DNA of 64,000 bases, taken from the NCBI GenBank assembly GCA_964270895.1, contig OZ185441.1, one strand, 5' to 3'. Source of the DNA: Podarcis filfolensis. Taxonomy: Eukaryota. Positions 12,701 to 25,206 of this stretch are shown piece after piece. Each line of letters begins with the position of its first letter. The first letter of the stretch is position 1. Both the position numbers and the translations under genes were made by a program. A model generated the notes under the pieces. The model worked only from the letters and a program-made list of their open reading frames with translations. It did not search any database and was not told where the DNA came from.

Positions 12701-13020
12701 GAAAATGGAAATGTGTCATTATCATTATATTGATGGTAGTTTAGTCGTTGTTTCAGTTCCCATATTGTAATTTTCTGTCCAAAAGAGCAATCAACTCCCT
12801 ACAGTCTTTATTGGAATCCAGTATCATGGCTTTGCTGTATAGTATGTATTGTTAGGGTTTCATTACCACTATCACCAAACTAGGAAATATTTATGTAACA
12901 CTCCCCGCCCCTTTAGCCTGAGCATAACTATGCATAAATTATGCTTGGTATGAAAAAGGTGACTGAAACACTGGAAGTTGTGGTCATTAATAGAAACACT
13001 AGAAGCTGCCTTATTTCAAA

Positions 13021-13344
13021 ACAGACCACTGCACTGATAAAGCAGCAGATCTCCAGGGTTTCTGATGCGGGATATTTTCATTCCTAACTGGAGATGCAGC
13101 CAATTAAACCTTGGACCACTTTCATGCAAACCAGATGCTGTACCCCTGAGTTGTAGCCCTTCCCCATAAACATAAAAGGCTACCTTATACCAAGTCAGAT
13201 GATTGGTCCATTTTGCTTAGTAATCTTGACACTGATTGGCAGTGGCTGTCCAGGGTTTCAGGCAGGCAATCTTCTCCAGCCCTACCTGGAGTTGCCAGAG
13301 ATTGAACCCATGACCTTCTGCAGGCAAACTTGATTCTCTACCAC
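13021..13344 (-). mobile_element. Two tandem decayed tRNA-derived SINE copies
   Basis: Two similar units with reverse B-box-like GAGATTGAACCCATGACC; related copy at 39323-39487. Confidence 0.5.
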
Positions 13345-14356
13345 AAAAGACAAACAAAAGAAAGTCCTTTTCACATCACAGAGTTAACTGAATGGAAGTT
13401 GTTGCCACTAGATGTAAGAGAGAGGGCTTCAGAGGGTAATAAAAATTAATTCACAGAGGATATGCCTATGAATGACTATTAACCATGGCAGCTAAACTGT
13501 ACCTTCAAATTCAGAGGCAGCTTGTCTCAGAATATTATTTGTTGTGGGGCAAACAAGAGAACAGATGCCTTCTTGACATATTTGTAGAATTCCCAAAAGC
13601 ATCCGGCTGATCACTTCTAGAAGCAGGATGCTGGACTCGATGGATCCTTGGTGTTATCCAAGAGGGATATTCTTGGTTTTGAAATTCCTCAACCCACAAA
13701 GCCAGATGGCTTTAGCAGCTTCCATGTTTTCTGAAATCAGGTCATTATTAGCTGGCAATGAAGCTAACCCTGCAGCTTCCAATTAAAATTAAATCACTTG
13801 TGCCAAACAAGGAAAAAAGCAAGTGCCTAAGAAGTAATCAGGATTCTTCACCACTCCAAACCCAGCACCTGGCACACTTGAGGGTAGCTTTCATTTTGGT
13901 CGGAACGAGCTGGCATGATGGGATGGCTGATACACTGCCTATTTCCCAGAGTGCCAATTCCAAGCTCTGCTAAGTAGCAAAGCTTTGTAACAAAAGTGAA
14001 TTCAAGGAAGGATGTATTAAGCCCATCTTGGAACAGTGTGTTTGCATGATACAATGTCAAGAGCAATAAGAATGTGATGCTTTTAGAGGTTTTTTTCCAA
14101 TTAGATGTATCCTCTAATAAAATCAAGAGGAACAGATGTTTCTAACAAGAGCTATGTCAGCCTCATTTGGATGTAATGCAAAACTATAATTGAGTGTTGC
14201 AGGAATGAGCCTGGGCTTCATTAGCCACCCTGCCCTCTGTTTTCCTCTAGTGCAGGCACAAGGAGAACAGTAGTTTTCACTTCCATTTTTAACTAACCAG
14301 AGTTTAACTAACCAAATCCCAACAAACCCATGGTTTAGGAAGTTGGTTTATTTTCC

Positions 14357-14476
14357 TAGGCCTGCAGCCCCCCAGATGCTGTTGAACTACAACTCCCATC
14401 AGCCTTGTCCGCAGTGTCTGGATCTGGTGGGAGTTGTAGTGCAACAACAACTGCAGAGCTACAGGTTGGCCACCCC
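14357..14476. mobile_element. Decayed palindromic hAT MITE
   Basis: ACTACAACTCCCATC...GGTGGGAGTTGTAGT inverted core shared with the 2303 family. Confidence 0.6.
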
Positions 14477-16920
14477 AACTCTACATTATGGTTCAGATGA
14501 ACCTCTTTGAAGTTTGGATGTAACAATACACTGGGTAAATCAGAATGGAAACCAAAGTTTCCAATTTCCTCCTTGCAGCCATACGAGAAGAGGAAATGAG
14601 GAGCACACAAGTCCAGAGCTCAGGCAGTTAATGCTAAACCATTTCACACCAGGCCTGTGAGAATCAACAAATTAGGTAGGAAGTTCAGGTTTCCTGACAT
14701 AGGGTAAAATATGTTCAGCCAGTTGTAGTATGAAATGTCAAATTAATAATGTTTCCTAGCAAGTGCACATTGATAGTTCCCATTATTTTCATTTTGCTGA
14801 GAAGCAGTTCTTGAAATACTGCATTATCCTCGAATTTGGACTGGAAAATGAGAAGTTTTGTGATGATCAAAAGATCACAGAAAAGTTAGAGAGGGAGGGT
14901 GCTTATTAACTTTTTCTTGCAAATACTGTACATTTTGTTTGCTGGTGCCTGGATGGCCGCCATTGCATGGTTTGTAGTGGTTTTGTGCTTTGGTTTTTTT
15001 CCTGCTCACTTTTGACCTTCTGAACATGTGCATTTGTAACCCTCCTTTCAACAAAGCTTCCAGGGCAGCTTATGTAAACAGAATACAAAAAAAAACACCA
15101 CTTGTTTTAAAAAACCAGCAGGCAATAGCAGAAATAATAATGATAGCTAGATAAAAGCAGCAAGAAATCATTTGATAGAAATGAAGGCCAACTGAGAAGC
15201 TAAAGCAGTCTAGGAAAACGAAAAGGTCTCTGCTGGATGTGAAGATGTGAAGGCAGGCACCAGGCAAACCCTCTCCCCTTGCTTTAGCCCCCCCCCATCA
15301 CTATAGCCCTTCTAAGTCCATGATCCTTGCTACAATGTTGTGCAGGTGTCCTATGCCCAAACAGCATCTGCAAATGGACAATTAGGATCTTGCATCAAGT
15401 GCTTTCGAAGGGTAATGAAAGTGCATCAACAAATGAGACTATCAGGTGTGGGGCAAGTGGTCATGGTTTAGAGAAAGCAGCATTGTAAATTGGGACTCAT
15501 ACAGAGATTTCCCACCCAGCCCTGATTAATAAGCTTAGTCATCTTATAGCAATCTTATTGTGTCTAAAAAGTCTTCTGTAGAGGTCCATATGCAAGAAAT
15601 TTCTTGAACAGAGATATAATACGCAGCTGCAAAGAAGCTGTTGTGGCTCTTTGACTTTGGAATCCTTCTCTAAGGAGTCACACCTAGTGCCAACATTACA
15701 ATCTTTTCAAGACTTTGCTCTATATCCCAGGCATTTAGTTGGAACCGTTTTTGTTCTTTTGTTAAAATCTGAGAATGGGAAGTTGCACAATGTGTCATTG
15801 CTGAAATGAAGTTTATCGGTAGTCTAGAGGCAGGGGTAAAGCAAATGAAAGGCTGGAGATGACTGGTTAACATGCTTAATTTAACCCTCTGAAATTGATT
15901 GCAGTTATGGCCCAGAATGCTAGATTAGTTTGCAAAGATCAATCAGTGGATGTTTATTTCTTCAGATTAACACGGTTGTCACCATCTTGCCCTTCTTGTA
16001 AGCTTCCCTTAGGCATTAGTCCATAGCTAGAAACAGAATGATGAACCAGATGGCAAGTCTCAGCATAGCAATTTTATACCCAAGTTAAATATCTCACCCT
16101 CAGTGTCTGCTTCTTCACTTTGGGGTTAATAGTGACCTAGAGGAAATAAGGATTACAGAGCATTATCTCTATTAGTATTTTCCACATTAATGTGTGTGTG
16201 GGGGGGAGGAATCTTCTAATTTGTTTGCTAAATGTAAACCCTGCAGCTTAAATACAACTGTATTTTCAGGGAGGCTTCAATTAAACTAAAAAAAGAACTG
16301 CAGTACAAACAATTATAAAATTGTCCACCATTATAAAACCAGCAAGTGAAAATACAAAAAAATTACACTGAGGGCTTAAAACCCCAAAACTTGTATTTAT
16401 CTGATGCTGAGCAGCAATACCTGTTACTTTTGGAAAGCCAAACTTATTCTGGCTATTGGAAACTTTATAACTTTTGGCTATAAATTTGCATTTATGAACT
16501 TCAGCTACCCAGCCCAGAGATCCCAATGTGCTCATTGTATATTACATTATAATATGTTCTAACATTTAGTATTAAACTGTTGTTTTAAGAACTGAGTGAA
16601 CCTGTGTGAGGGAATCCTGACATCCAGAATGGAATGCTAAGACTGCTGTAAAAAGCTTGGATGCTACACTATTGTACCAAGTGTACATGATGCTGAGGCG
16701 TGCACCTGAATAAGTACTCCCACAGACCTGCCACTTTGCCAGAAATTTGAATATCTTCATAAGGCTTACATATAGCAGCCCATGTTTACATCTCGAAAAC
16801 TTAAAGAAGGCCATTTATTCACATCCCGTATTCAGTGAATGCTGAAGGACTACCTCTTTCCCCTGGCCTTTGACACTTGAGATGTGTATTTTTAGAGAAT
16901 ACCCTATTTTTTATGTCTGT

Positions 16921-17120
16921 ATGGAAACACTGTTTACCTTCCAGCCGGAGTGGTACCTATTTATCTACTTGCACTTTGATGTGCTTTCGAACTGCTAGGT
17001 TGGCAGGAGCTGGGACCGAGCAATGGGAGCTCACCCCCGTCGCGGGGATTCAAACCGCTGACCTTCTGATCCGCAAGTTCTAGGCTCTGTGGTTTAACCC
17101 ACAGCGCCACCCGTGTCCCT
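16921..17120 (-). mobile_element. Sauria SINE, 5' portion with tRNA-derived head
   Basis: Minus strand starts GGGACACGGGTGGCGCTGTGG (A box) with GGTTTGAATCC (B box); body matches 62911-62990. Confidence 0.9.
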
Positions 17121-17869
17121 TGATAGGTAGAGTTTGTAATATTTCATCATACTTTGGGGAACAATTTCTCTAAAGGCAGTTGGGTCCATTGCCCCAGGTT
17201 ACAGTTTTGGAATTACAGATGGTTTCTTTGCTTTCACAAGAGCTGAATGAAGCCAAAGTCCCATGTGTGGCAATCTGATTGGTGTATTTGTCTCACCTAG
17301 AAATGGGCATACAGATATAGTTTGATAATGATGGGTAGAAAGAAGTTCTAAAGCACAAGATGATGGTCCTATGTTTTTCCCCTCAGGTAGGAAGCCATTT
17401 GGAAACCCTGCTCCATTACATAACATTCATCAGCTCATTTGGCCAATTTTATTGAAATGGAAGTTATCAGAACAATAACTTTGCACTAGGAAAATGAGTT
17501 AATCTGCAAATAAATAGGTGCTCAGGACAGGAGATGAAATTTACCACATCTTTGACATAGTGTAAATTGGGGTCTTCACTTTACTTCTATCTTTTGTTGT
17601 TAATGAGGGTCAGACGAAGCTAAAAGGATTTCAACGAACATTTCACAAATGCAGCCTGACTGCTCTGAACCAGACACTGTCAAAATGTAATGCAGTTTTA
17701 TGATCAAAGAGATTTCGGAGCAGAGAACAATGCTCTTGTTTAATTTTATTATCATTGGTACGTTATAAAGTTCCCTAGAAGGACTTTTTCTCTGCCTATA
17801 TTTTGTGTGCTGATGTTCCTGTGTATGTTTTTTCTTCTTCTTCTTCTTCTCTCCCCCCCCCCCCTTTAG

Positions 17870-17980
17870 GCTGTACTATGGCGGTACAAGTTTTCCCAGC
17901 TTAAAGGGTCTTCAGATGATGGCAAGAGCAAAATCAAATTCTTGTTCCAAAATCCAGATACTAAACAGATTGAAGCAAAG
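17870..17980 (+). CDS. SNTG1: Gamma-1 syntrophin coding exon (111 nt, phase 0-0)
   Basis: ctttag|GCT...AAG|gtaaaa; AVLWRYKFSQLKGSSDDGKSKIKFLFQNPDTKQIEAK, start of the syntrophin-unique region. Confidence 0.96.
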
Positions 17981-18344
17981 GTAAAAGTAAGAACTCCAAT
18001 ATGTTTCCCTTGTCTGAAGGATATTAGAACAAGTAATCAGGGGCAGGGAAGACAACAAAATTTGAGGCTCATGTACTGATGCTTAAATAACAAGATGAAC
18101 ACTCAGTTCTGTTGCTATTTTGTCTGAGAACTAGAAAAAGGTAAACTAAAAATCAGGCAGAGCTGCATGCAAAGCCAAGCCAAGCCGATAACTAGGTTGA
18201 TGCATTGTAGTCTTCATTCAGTAGGGAATTGGACATTGAGAGGACAGTTCCTTCAGTGTAGAAGTCTGCCCCTCAGTAGCTAGTCCAGTTATTTAAGGTA
18301 TTATCTATCTCTTAATACACATACAAAAAGGCTATTGCTGTAAC

Positions 18345-18442
18345 CATACACACTGCTTGTACTCCGGGGAGGTCACTTGAGTGCTCCTAACATAGCACCC
18401 CCATGGGGTGTGCTCCATTGTCTCTTGAGACCGATGGATGCC
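18345..18442 (-). mobile_element. Possible 5'-terminal fragment of a LINE-like repeat (RTE-like)
   Basis: Minus strand GGCATCCATCGGTCTCAAGAGACAATGGAG resembles a lacertid repeat end I recall; unverified. Confidence 0.3.
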
Positions 18443-19004
18443 AGCATGGGCCATCAACATGTTAACAGCTTGGCTTATCTCTGGCTAGCTATGTGAAGCT
18501 GCCTTGGCTTGTGATCCTAAACTGAATGCAACAGCACTTGGCTTTTAATTAACCAAACTTTTCTTACCTCATGAATTCATGAGCTTGCTCAAATTCCAGC
18601 TCTTTACTGGGTCTAGAGATTATGGAGAGTCTGCCCCTCCCCCAAACACATAACAGTACATTGTGATAAAGGGTGCTACGGATATTTATTAGGTATGCAT
18701 TTCAACTTTGTGGTTTGGCAGAGCTTAGCATATGCTATGAATGCTAAACTACCCAGGTGAAATTATGCCACATACTTACTTCATTTATTATATCAGGTAG
18801 CTGATGCCATTCCTGCTTCTCAGCCACCTGGTAACAACAGACTGTGCTGAGACAGAATTTGTACACCTTCCTTCCCTCTGATTCCTAATCTTTGTCAGAA
18901 AGCGTTGCTGTAACAACAGTTGTGGTGTGGGTGGGGGAATGCTAGTGGATTTGTCTATGTGCTGTGGATATACAACAGAAGGAATGGAGACTATTTACTT
19001 TAAT

Positions 19005-19372
19005 AATAAAAAATTTATTATTTATACACCATCCAACTGGCTGGGCTGTTCCAGCCACTCTGGGCAGCTTGCAACACACATAAAAACATCAAACATTTAA
19101 AACTTCCCAATACAGGTCTGCCTTCAGAGGTCTTCTAAAAGTTGTATATTTATTTTTCTTCTTGAGATCTGATGGGAGGGCGGCACTGCTGAGAAGGCCC
19201 TCTGCCTGGTTCCCTGTAACCTCACTTCTCACAGTGAGGGAACCACCAGAAGGCCCTAGGCGCTGGACTTCAGTGTCCGGGCTGAACGATGGGGGTGACA
19301 GCACTCCTTCAGGTATACAAGGCCGAAGCCATTTAGGTTTTTGAAGGTCAGCACCAACCATTTGAATTGTGT
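19005..19372 (-). mobile_element. L2-clade LINE 3' end
   Basis: Reverse complement of the 48617-48825 copy; encodes a degenerate ...TFRRPLKADLYWEVL C-terminus. Confidence 0.85.
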
Positions 19373-20790
19373 GGCGCTGGTCTGAGTCCTAGAACTTTTG
19401 CATGTTATGAAGAAGCAGCTTCCTGTTTTATGCTTCTGTTATAACTTGCAAACCCTCAAAGTGAGAGACATCTGATGCTAGGACAGCTTATCTACAGGGA
19501 AGAAAATGGGGCAAGGGACAACAACCATATGTTCTTTTTTAGTGCCTCCTCATAGCATGTGAGTAAAGGATAAATTATTACAAGTACTGCTGTGAAAGCC
19601 TGTTCCCTGTAAAAGTGTTTGAGCATGTGTCTCAGGATTGCATAGAGCAGCATGCCAGAGCATTTTACATTTTCTGTCAGACTTTACTTCATAAAAGAGC
19701 AAATTCCCGTTCACCTGCACTTATACCTATATGTTTAATCAAGAACAGAGAATTCAAATGTGGGTTGTTGTGCAGTCACTGACAGAATATTTTATTGGCC
19801 AGTAGCTTTAACATTAACCTGTCTAGCAATCTTTCTCCATTGTAAGGTAAGTTCTGACAGGGGGGAAATATATATAGATCCTGACAATTGAGAAGCCCAT
19901 GCTATTAAAGCAGCCGCCTGCACATTTGACCAGTCAGTCATGTTTGCCCGCTTGGACATAAAGCTTTAGTTACAAACTGAACATAAAATAACACTAAATC
20001 TAGTTTTATAATCTTCAGTGATAGAGGAAGTCTTGCTCACATACGGTTCTAAGGAAAAAAATATTGGCTCATTGGGAATTGCCAGCCAATAATAAACTTG
20101 TTTTTTTGTGATACATTTCATAAAAGAATTCAGAGAGGAGTTTATTCCAGATTAAATTCCATGTGTTTGGGTCACATGCAGGTTTTTGGAAATGTGAGAT
20201 TTACTGCTGCACAACAGAGGATTGCCTCCACAGGCACATGATGTCCTCAGCTGGTACAGGGAAGGCTGAAAGAATGAGCGCAGGAGACTGGTATTGGGTT
20301 GAATTAGGCCACAACATTATTGATTACAGGAAAGGGTAGGTTTGGCTTAAGCATTGGGCATGTATCCAGCATCAGGCAACACACCTACTATCTGACAGGA
20401 ACCTAGTGGGTTTGACACTGTACTGTGCCACAACCCCGCACAGGCTGCCATTTGGAGAGTGTATTGGCCCATCAGTCCCCGTGTGGATTCCTGGGCACAG
20501 TCACCCCTCCCAGACCCCTTTAGCAGTGTATCCTTCAGCCCAATGCCTTATCCCCCAAACTTGTAACAGTTACTGTGAGGTAGGTGGAAACATGCCAAAT
20601 TGCTTACAATGTCTGCTTCCCCACTGGGCAGACTACTAACATACTGGGGTGGGTGAAAAATCCTGTGATGGTCAGCAAATAGGGCAGCCTGCACCTGGCC
20701 ACCCCCTTAAATATGCTAAAGGTGGAAATGGGCACAGCTTCTCCTGCCACTGCCCCAGTAGATCAATTGTACTATTAAGTGACTTTAACT

Positions 20791-21004
20791 TAGTGGTACC
20801 TCTCAGGTTAAGTACTTAATTTGTTCCGAAGGTCCGTTATTAACCTGAAACTGTTTTCTTAACCTGAACCACCACTTTAGCTAATGGGGCCTCCTGCTGT
20901 CACCATGCCACTGGAGCATGATTTTTGTTCTCATCCTGAAGCAAAGTTCTTAACCAGAAGCACTATTTCTGGGTTAGCGGAGTCTGTAACCTGAGGTACC
21001 ACTG
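20791..21004. mobile_element. Tigger/pogo-like MITE with internal deletion
   Basis: (T)AGTGGTACCTC...GAGGTACCACTG-TA; body matches 50776-51017. Confidence 0.85.
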
Positions 21005-21676
21005 TATATTCAAAGCACACATTAGTAAAAATCAGGAAGAAATGTGAAATGCTCCTTGAGAATGTCAGACTCATTAGTCTACTATTTATGGTGAAAAGCA
21101 AGAAAGCTAGCCAAATTTTGGCATTGTTTACAATGCAGCCTTAATTACGAATCACCAAGTGCATTATAGAAATACAGCAGCATCATGCTTCATTGCTTAG
21201 TTTGTATTCCTCACCCTTTGATTGTAAAGATTTTTTTGAAAAAGGACAGCTTTCTATAATGCTGTTTTTGAAAGCTCAAAATCAGCCTTTTAAAATTGTA
21301 TTTGTTTTGGGGACACTGTGCTTTATATTTCATGCAGAAAGCATTCCAGAGAACACATCCTTTAAGTTTGCATCCTCTTTGCTGTTTCCACATTTAGCTA
21401 ATAGGATATTTCTGTTTTGTTCCTGGGTTTACAGAAGATGTAACAACTTAAATGATGCCAGCATTGTGGAGAGGGAATATCATCATGTTTTGTTAAGTCT
21501 TTGTGAGTTTCCCATTACTTTTAGTTATAATATACTAGGCAAAGGTTAGACCAATCCATTTATGTCACTCATCCATCACTCTGTTAATTCCAAACATAGA
21601 GTAAGATTCCCCCCCCCAATGTTATTTTATTTAACAAAAATTGTATACTAATTAACTATAAATAGAACCTCTAAGG

Positions 21677-21862
21677 CAGGGGTTGTCAACCTGGTCCCTA
21701 CCGCCCACTAATGGGCATTTTAGAATTCTAGGTGGGCAGTAGGGGGTTTTATGGCACAAGCTGAATCCTCCTTCCATCGAGCACTGGTGGGCCATAAGGA
21801 AATTTTACCATCAAGAAAGATTCATTAGTGGGTGGTAGGTATAGAAAGGTTGACTACCCCTG
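21677..21862. mobile_element. hAT (Buster/Charlie-like) MITE
   Basis: TIR CAGGGGTTGTCAACCT/AGGTTGACTACCCCTG; perfect 8-bp TSD CTCTAAGG. Confidence 0.92.
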
Positions 21863-22369
21863 CTCTAAGGGGTTTACAACCCCGCCCCATAAAATATACA
21901 ACACCATTATCAATAACAGTCATAGTCAAAAGCAAGTTTTGAAAAATGGTTCACCTTGATCTGTTTTACGTCATCAGCATATTGATGATATCCCACAGTG
22001 ATCTCTTGCCAATGTTGGAAAATATGGGGAAAGTAATAGAATTGTGACATGATCACAATTTCCTGAAGGATTCTAGTAGCTATTAATGCTGAAATCCAGT
22101 GTGCTGCAATGACTGAGAGTGTCACATGTGAGTTTCTGGCTCAGTTCTTGCCCAGCCATGGTTAGATGGCCTTTACATAGGCTGGTATCTGTGTCTCCAG
22201 TGCTATGTGGGGATAATAGTACTGTCCATTGATTTTAATGGGTCCAGTATTCAATATCACTTCAGTCGGATGCAACCCAAATCATACCTTGCTCATAGTT
22301 GTAGTAATAATATTCACTGTCATAATTTGTGAAAAGGTACCAGACTATACTAGATTAACAACCAAAGTA

Positions 22370-22939
22370 CCGTATTTTTCGTCCCATAGGACGCTCCGTC
22401 CCATAGGACGCACCTAGTTTTTTGGGGGGGGAAATAAAGGATTTTTTTTCTTTATTTCCCCCCCCCCCAAAAAACCAGGTCGAGGAACAGCGGGACGGCG
22501 GCGCTGCGCCTCCCCGCTGTCCCCCGAGCTTGTGGGGCTGGCCGATGTCTGCTCAAAGCGCGGGGCGCTCTGCCTCAGCGCGCCCCGCGCTCCGTGCAGC
22601 AGGCTGCTATCCGCAGCCTAGGGAGCCCTGCGGGAACTCCCGCAGGGCTCCCCAGGCTGCGGATGTCTGCCCCGCGCGCGGGGCGCTCCACTTCAGGGCG
22701 CCCCGCACTGGGCAGCAGGCTGCTATCCGCAGCCTGGGGAGCCCTGTGGGAACTCCCGCCGGCTCCCCAGGCTTGCTGATAGCTTCCTGAAGCCTGGAGA
22801 GTGAGACGGGTCGGTGCGCACCAACCGCTCTCGCTCTCCAAGCTTCAGTGAAAGCCTGTATTTGCCCCATAGGACGCACACAGATTTCCCCTTCATTTTT
22901 GGAGGGGAAAAAGTGCATCCTATAGGGCGAAAAATACGG
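22370..22939. mobile_element. Tc2/Kanga-like non-autonomous DNA transposon with GC-rich hairpin repeats
   Basis: TA-CCGTATTTTTCG...CGAAAAATACGG-TA; 25-bp TIR with 3 mismatches; CpG-rich interior. Confidence 0.88.
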
Positions 22940-24718
22940 TATGTTGTAAGCCTAAGTATTAGCATTGTTCTGCCCCCACAAGGGTCAGTTATTTAGTGAT
23001 AGCAAATTTGTGTATTAGTATTACGTAGAAGGAATAATTCTGCCCCTTTAAGAAAAGATAATGCCTTTCCCCCCTTTTAGACCTCAATGCAGATTGGGAA
23101 ATGTAGGTACAGCAATATTCTAGTTTCTATTGGTTCTGCTCAGAGCAGGAAGAAACCTCCCTTTCTCTTTTGTTTCAATCCTAGTGTTTGCCTATCCAGG
23201 AAAATGGATGAACTTGCTCGTTCTTACATAACTCAGCAGGGAACTTCATAAAAAGCGTCTAACCACTTTAATTTTCCTAACTTGTAACATGAAGTTAACG
23301 TAATTTGCAGGAAATGATCATGAACCTGGCACATGCTAAATTGTAGTTAGTGGATATAGTATACATGCAGCAGGATATTTTTATTCTGAAAATAGTAGCC
23401 TACCATGTCATAAAACATGGCTTAACAGTTAGTACATTTTGCACTAGGATGGTAGAAATCTCAAAACACTGGTTTGTATCCAACTAAGTCATATTAAACT
23501 TAAACTGATTTAAATAAATAAGCTTAGGTTAGTCAGTTCCATTGCAGTGGTTCCAACTCTGTGTATGACTTAGATGCCATCCACTGAATGTGGCTTTCCA
23601 TCTCTATGGGAAGAAATAAGCAGAATCCCCAGGTTCTAGTAATTCTCCTTATTCAGAATGTCCTCTACAAGCTTTTTGACCATCAAGGTCACAAATGGAA
23701 TGGGCACCATTAGGCAATTCTTCCCAAGGGGTGAAGTAACATGGCTGCAAATGCTGCCCAGGAGGGTTTGGTCAGGGGCTCTGATGCCTGCTAGGACAGA
23801 CAGAACCAGAAGAAAGGCTAACAGCTGTGAGCAAGACTGTGGCTCGGCATGGTTATCAGGAAACTCAGCATTGCAAAAGGAAGATCCCACCTCTTTAGGG
23901 AAAATGGGATTTGCTTAGTTAGTGGAAGAAGGCTGCAAGATTTATCGGAGGAATGTGGTAAGAAATATTAAGACCTTGTGCTTACCTGTGTAAAGAGGAA
24001 AGGATCCAAGGTAGGTTGATTGCTCCAGATAGCACAAGGACTAGTGTAGAACTGGAAAATGTCACCTGTGTTGGGAGAGCAAAAAGTTCATATTGATTTC
24101 AATGGGAAAAAGCAGAATGGTCACAAGAATGGAGCAGCTTGAGAATGGGCTATGATTCAGGATAAAGGTGGGATACAAGGAGCAGTATTTTAGTAGCTCA
24201 GCTCAGGAACCTTCTTATGCCTGATTTTCCTCATAATAACTTAATTCCCACCCCACATGTCCATTTTTCATGTTCTTTCAATAATGTTGTGGCCAGTTCA
24301 AGCCCATTGATTGGTTTCCACTTCCTTTTATCCTTCTCTACCTACCAGAGGGGCAGGGGGATGAGTTAGCCCATGGATTGTAGAAATAAAGAAACAGTGA
24401 ATTTAACTTTCTTCTTTCTAGTTCTTCGACAAATGTTCTTTTCCATGCTAAGTCATGGCTTAGTTTCTAGCATTCATTGTCACAAACGTCCAATATAAAA
24501 TTGCTGTAGCATTCCACTCAAATATCTGAGTGCATGTTATCCAAAGAAGGTGTTTCTTCATTGGCCAACAAACACTGCAGCTTTCCACAGTGATGGATGA
24601 CCATCCTTGACTTGGTTAAACCTCTGTTGGATTGTCTCTACAACAGAGTGCTGGGTGTGCTGTGGAAGATGAAAAGGTGGCCTAATCTTACCTTTGACTT
24701 CTTTGCTTTCACTTTCAG

Positions 24719-24916
24719 GAGTTGGAATTTTCCAACCTGTTTGCAGTCCTGCATTGTATCCACTCCTTCTTTGCGGCCAAAGTGGCCTGTTTGGACCCAC
24801 TCTATGTTGGCAGTCAGGCCACAGCTGCTGCTACTGCTGTTACTGCTGCTGCTGCTACTACTGGTGCTGCTGTTGCTACATCTTCTGGCACTAGCAAATT
24901 GAAGTATACGACTTGA
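24719..24916 (+). CDS. SNTG1: Gamma-1 syntrophin last coding exon (65 codons plus stop)
   Basis: tttcag|GAG TTG GAA...; ELEFSNLFAVLHCIHSFFAAKVACLDPL...KLKYTT*. Confidence 0.96.
   Translation, partial: ELEFSNLFAVLHCIHSFFAAKVACLDPLYVGSQATAAATAVTAAAATTGAAVATSSGTSKLKYTT
24824..24877 (+). repeat. Coding interrupted (GCT/ACT)n trinucleotide tract, 18 codons all ending in T
   Basis: GCTGCTGCTACTGCTGTTACTGCTGCTGCTGCTACTACTGGTGCTGCTGTTGCT. Confidence 0.9.
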
Positions 24917-25200
24917 TGGCTCCTATTTCTGCACTTGCCACTTTCCAGGAGTACATGAGACTACGTATACGAAACACTCATCAGACAGGTCTCTTGGAGA
25001 ACCAACAGCAAGCAAGAGAACTGACTCAAGAGACAAGTGGCAGTTGTCAGCAGAGTATAGTCACATGGGATCATGAATTAAGTCTCAATTTTACAAGGCA
25101 TCAGTACATAATCCAAGCAGAAATCTCTGAGGTGGATGAAGATGCTTTTATAGTATAATCTGATTGTGTTTTGAATGACACTGGAAACAAAAGAAACAGA

Positions 25201-25206
25201 AATAAA
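25201..25206 (+). terminator. Candidate proximal poly(A) signal for SNTG1
   Basis: First AATAAA I saw after the stop codon; usage unproven. Confidence 0.3.

Noticed and set aside
3247-17120. Two nearly complementary Sauria SINE halves in the same orientation, suggesting one split element
   Set aside because: The 13.5 kb between them holds a conserved SNTG1 exon in normal order; two independent partial copies is simpler
17040-17120. tRNA-like A and B boxes (also ~55860 and ~13300)
   Set aside because: SINE heads without a complete cloverleaf
22422-22996. Cluster of overlapping GC-rich ORFs, or a CpG-island promoter
   Set aside because: Fully inside a TIR/TA-bounded MITE; stop-poor because of GC content
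24597-24902. Poly-Leu and poly-Cys/Tyr ORFs
   Set aside because: Alternative frames of the SNTG1 GCT/ACT coding repeat; they start in intron sequence
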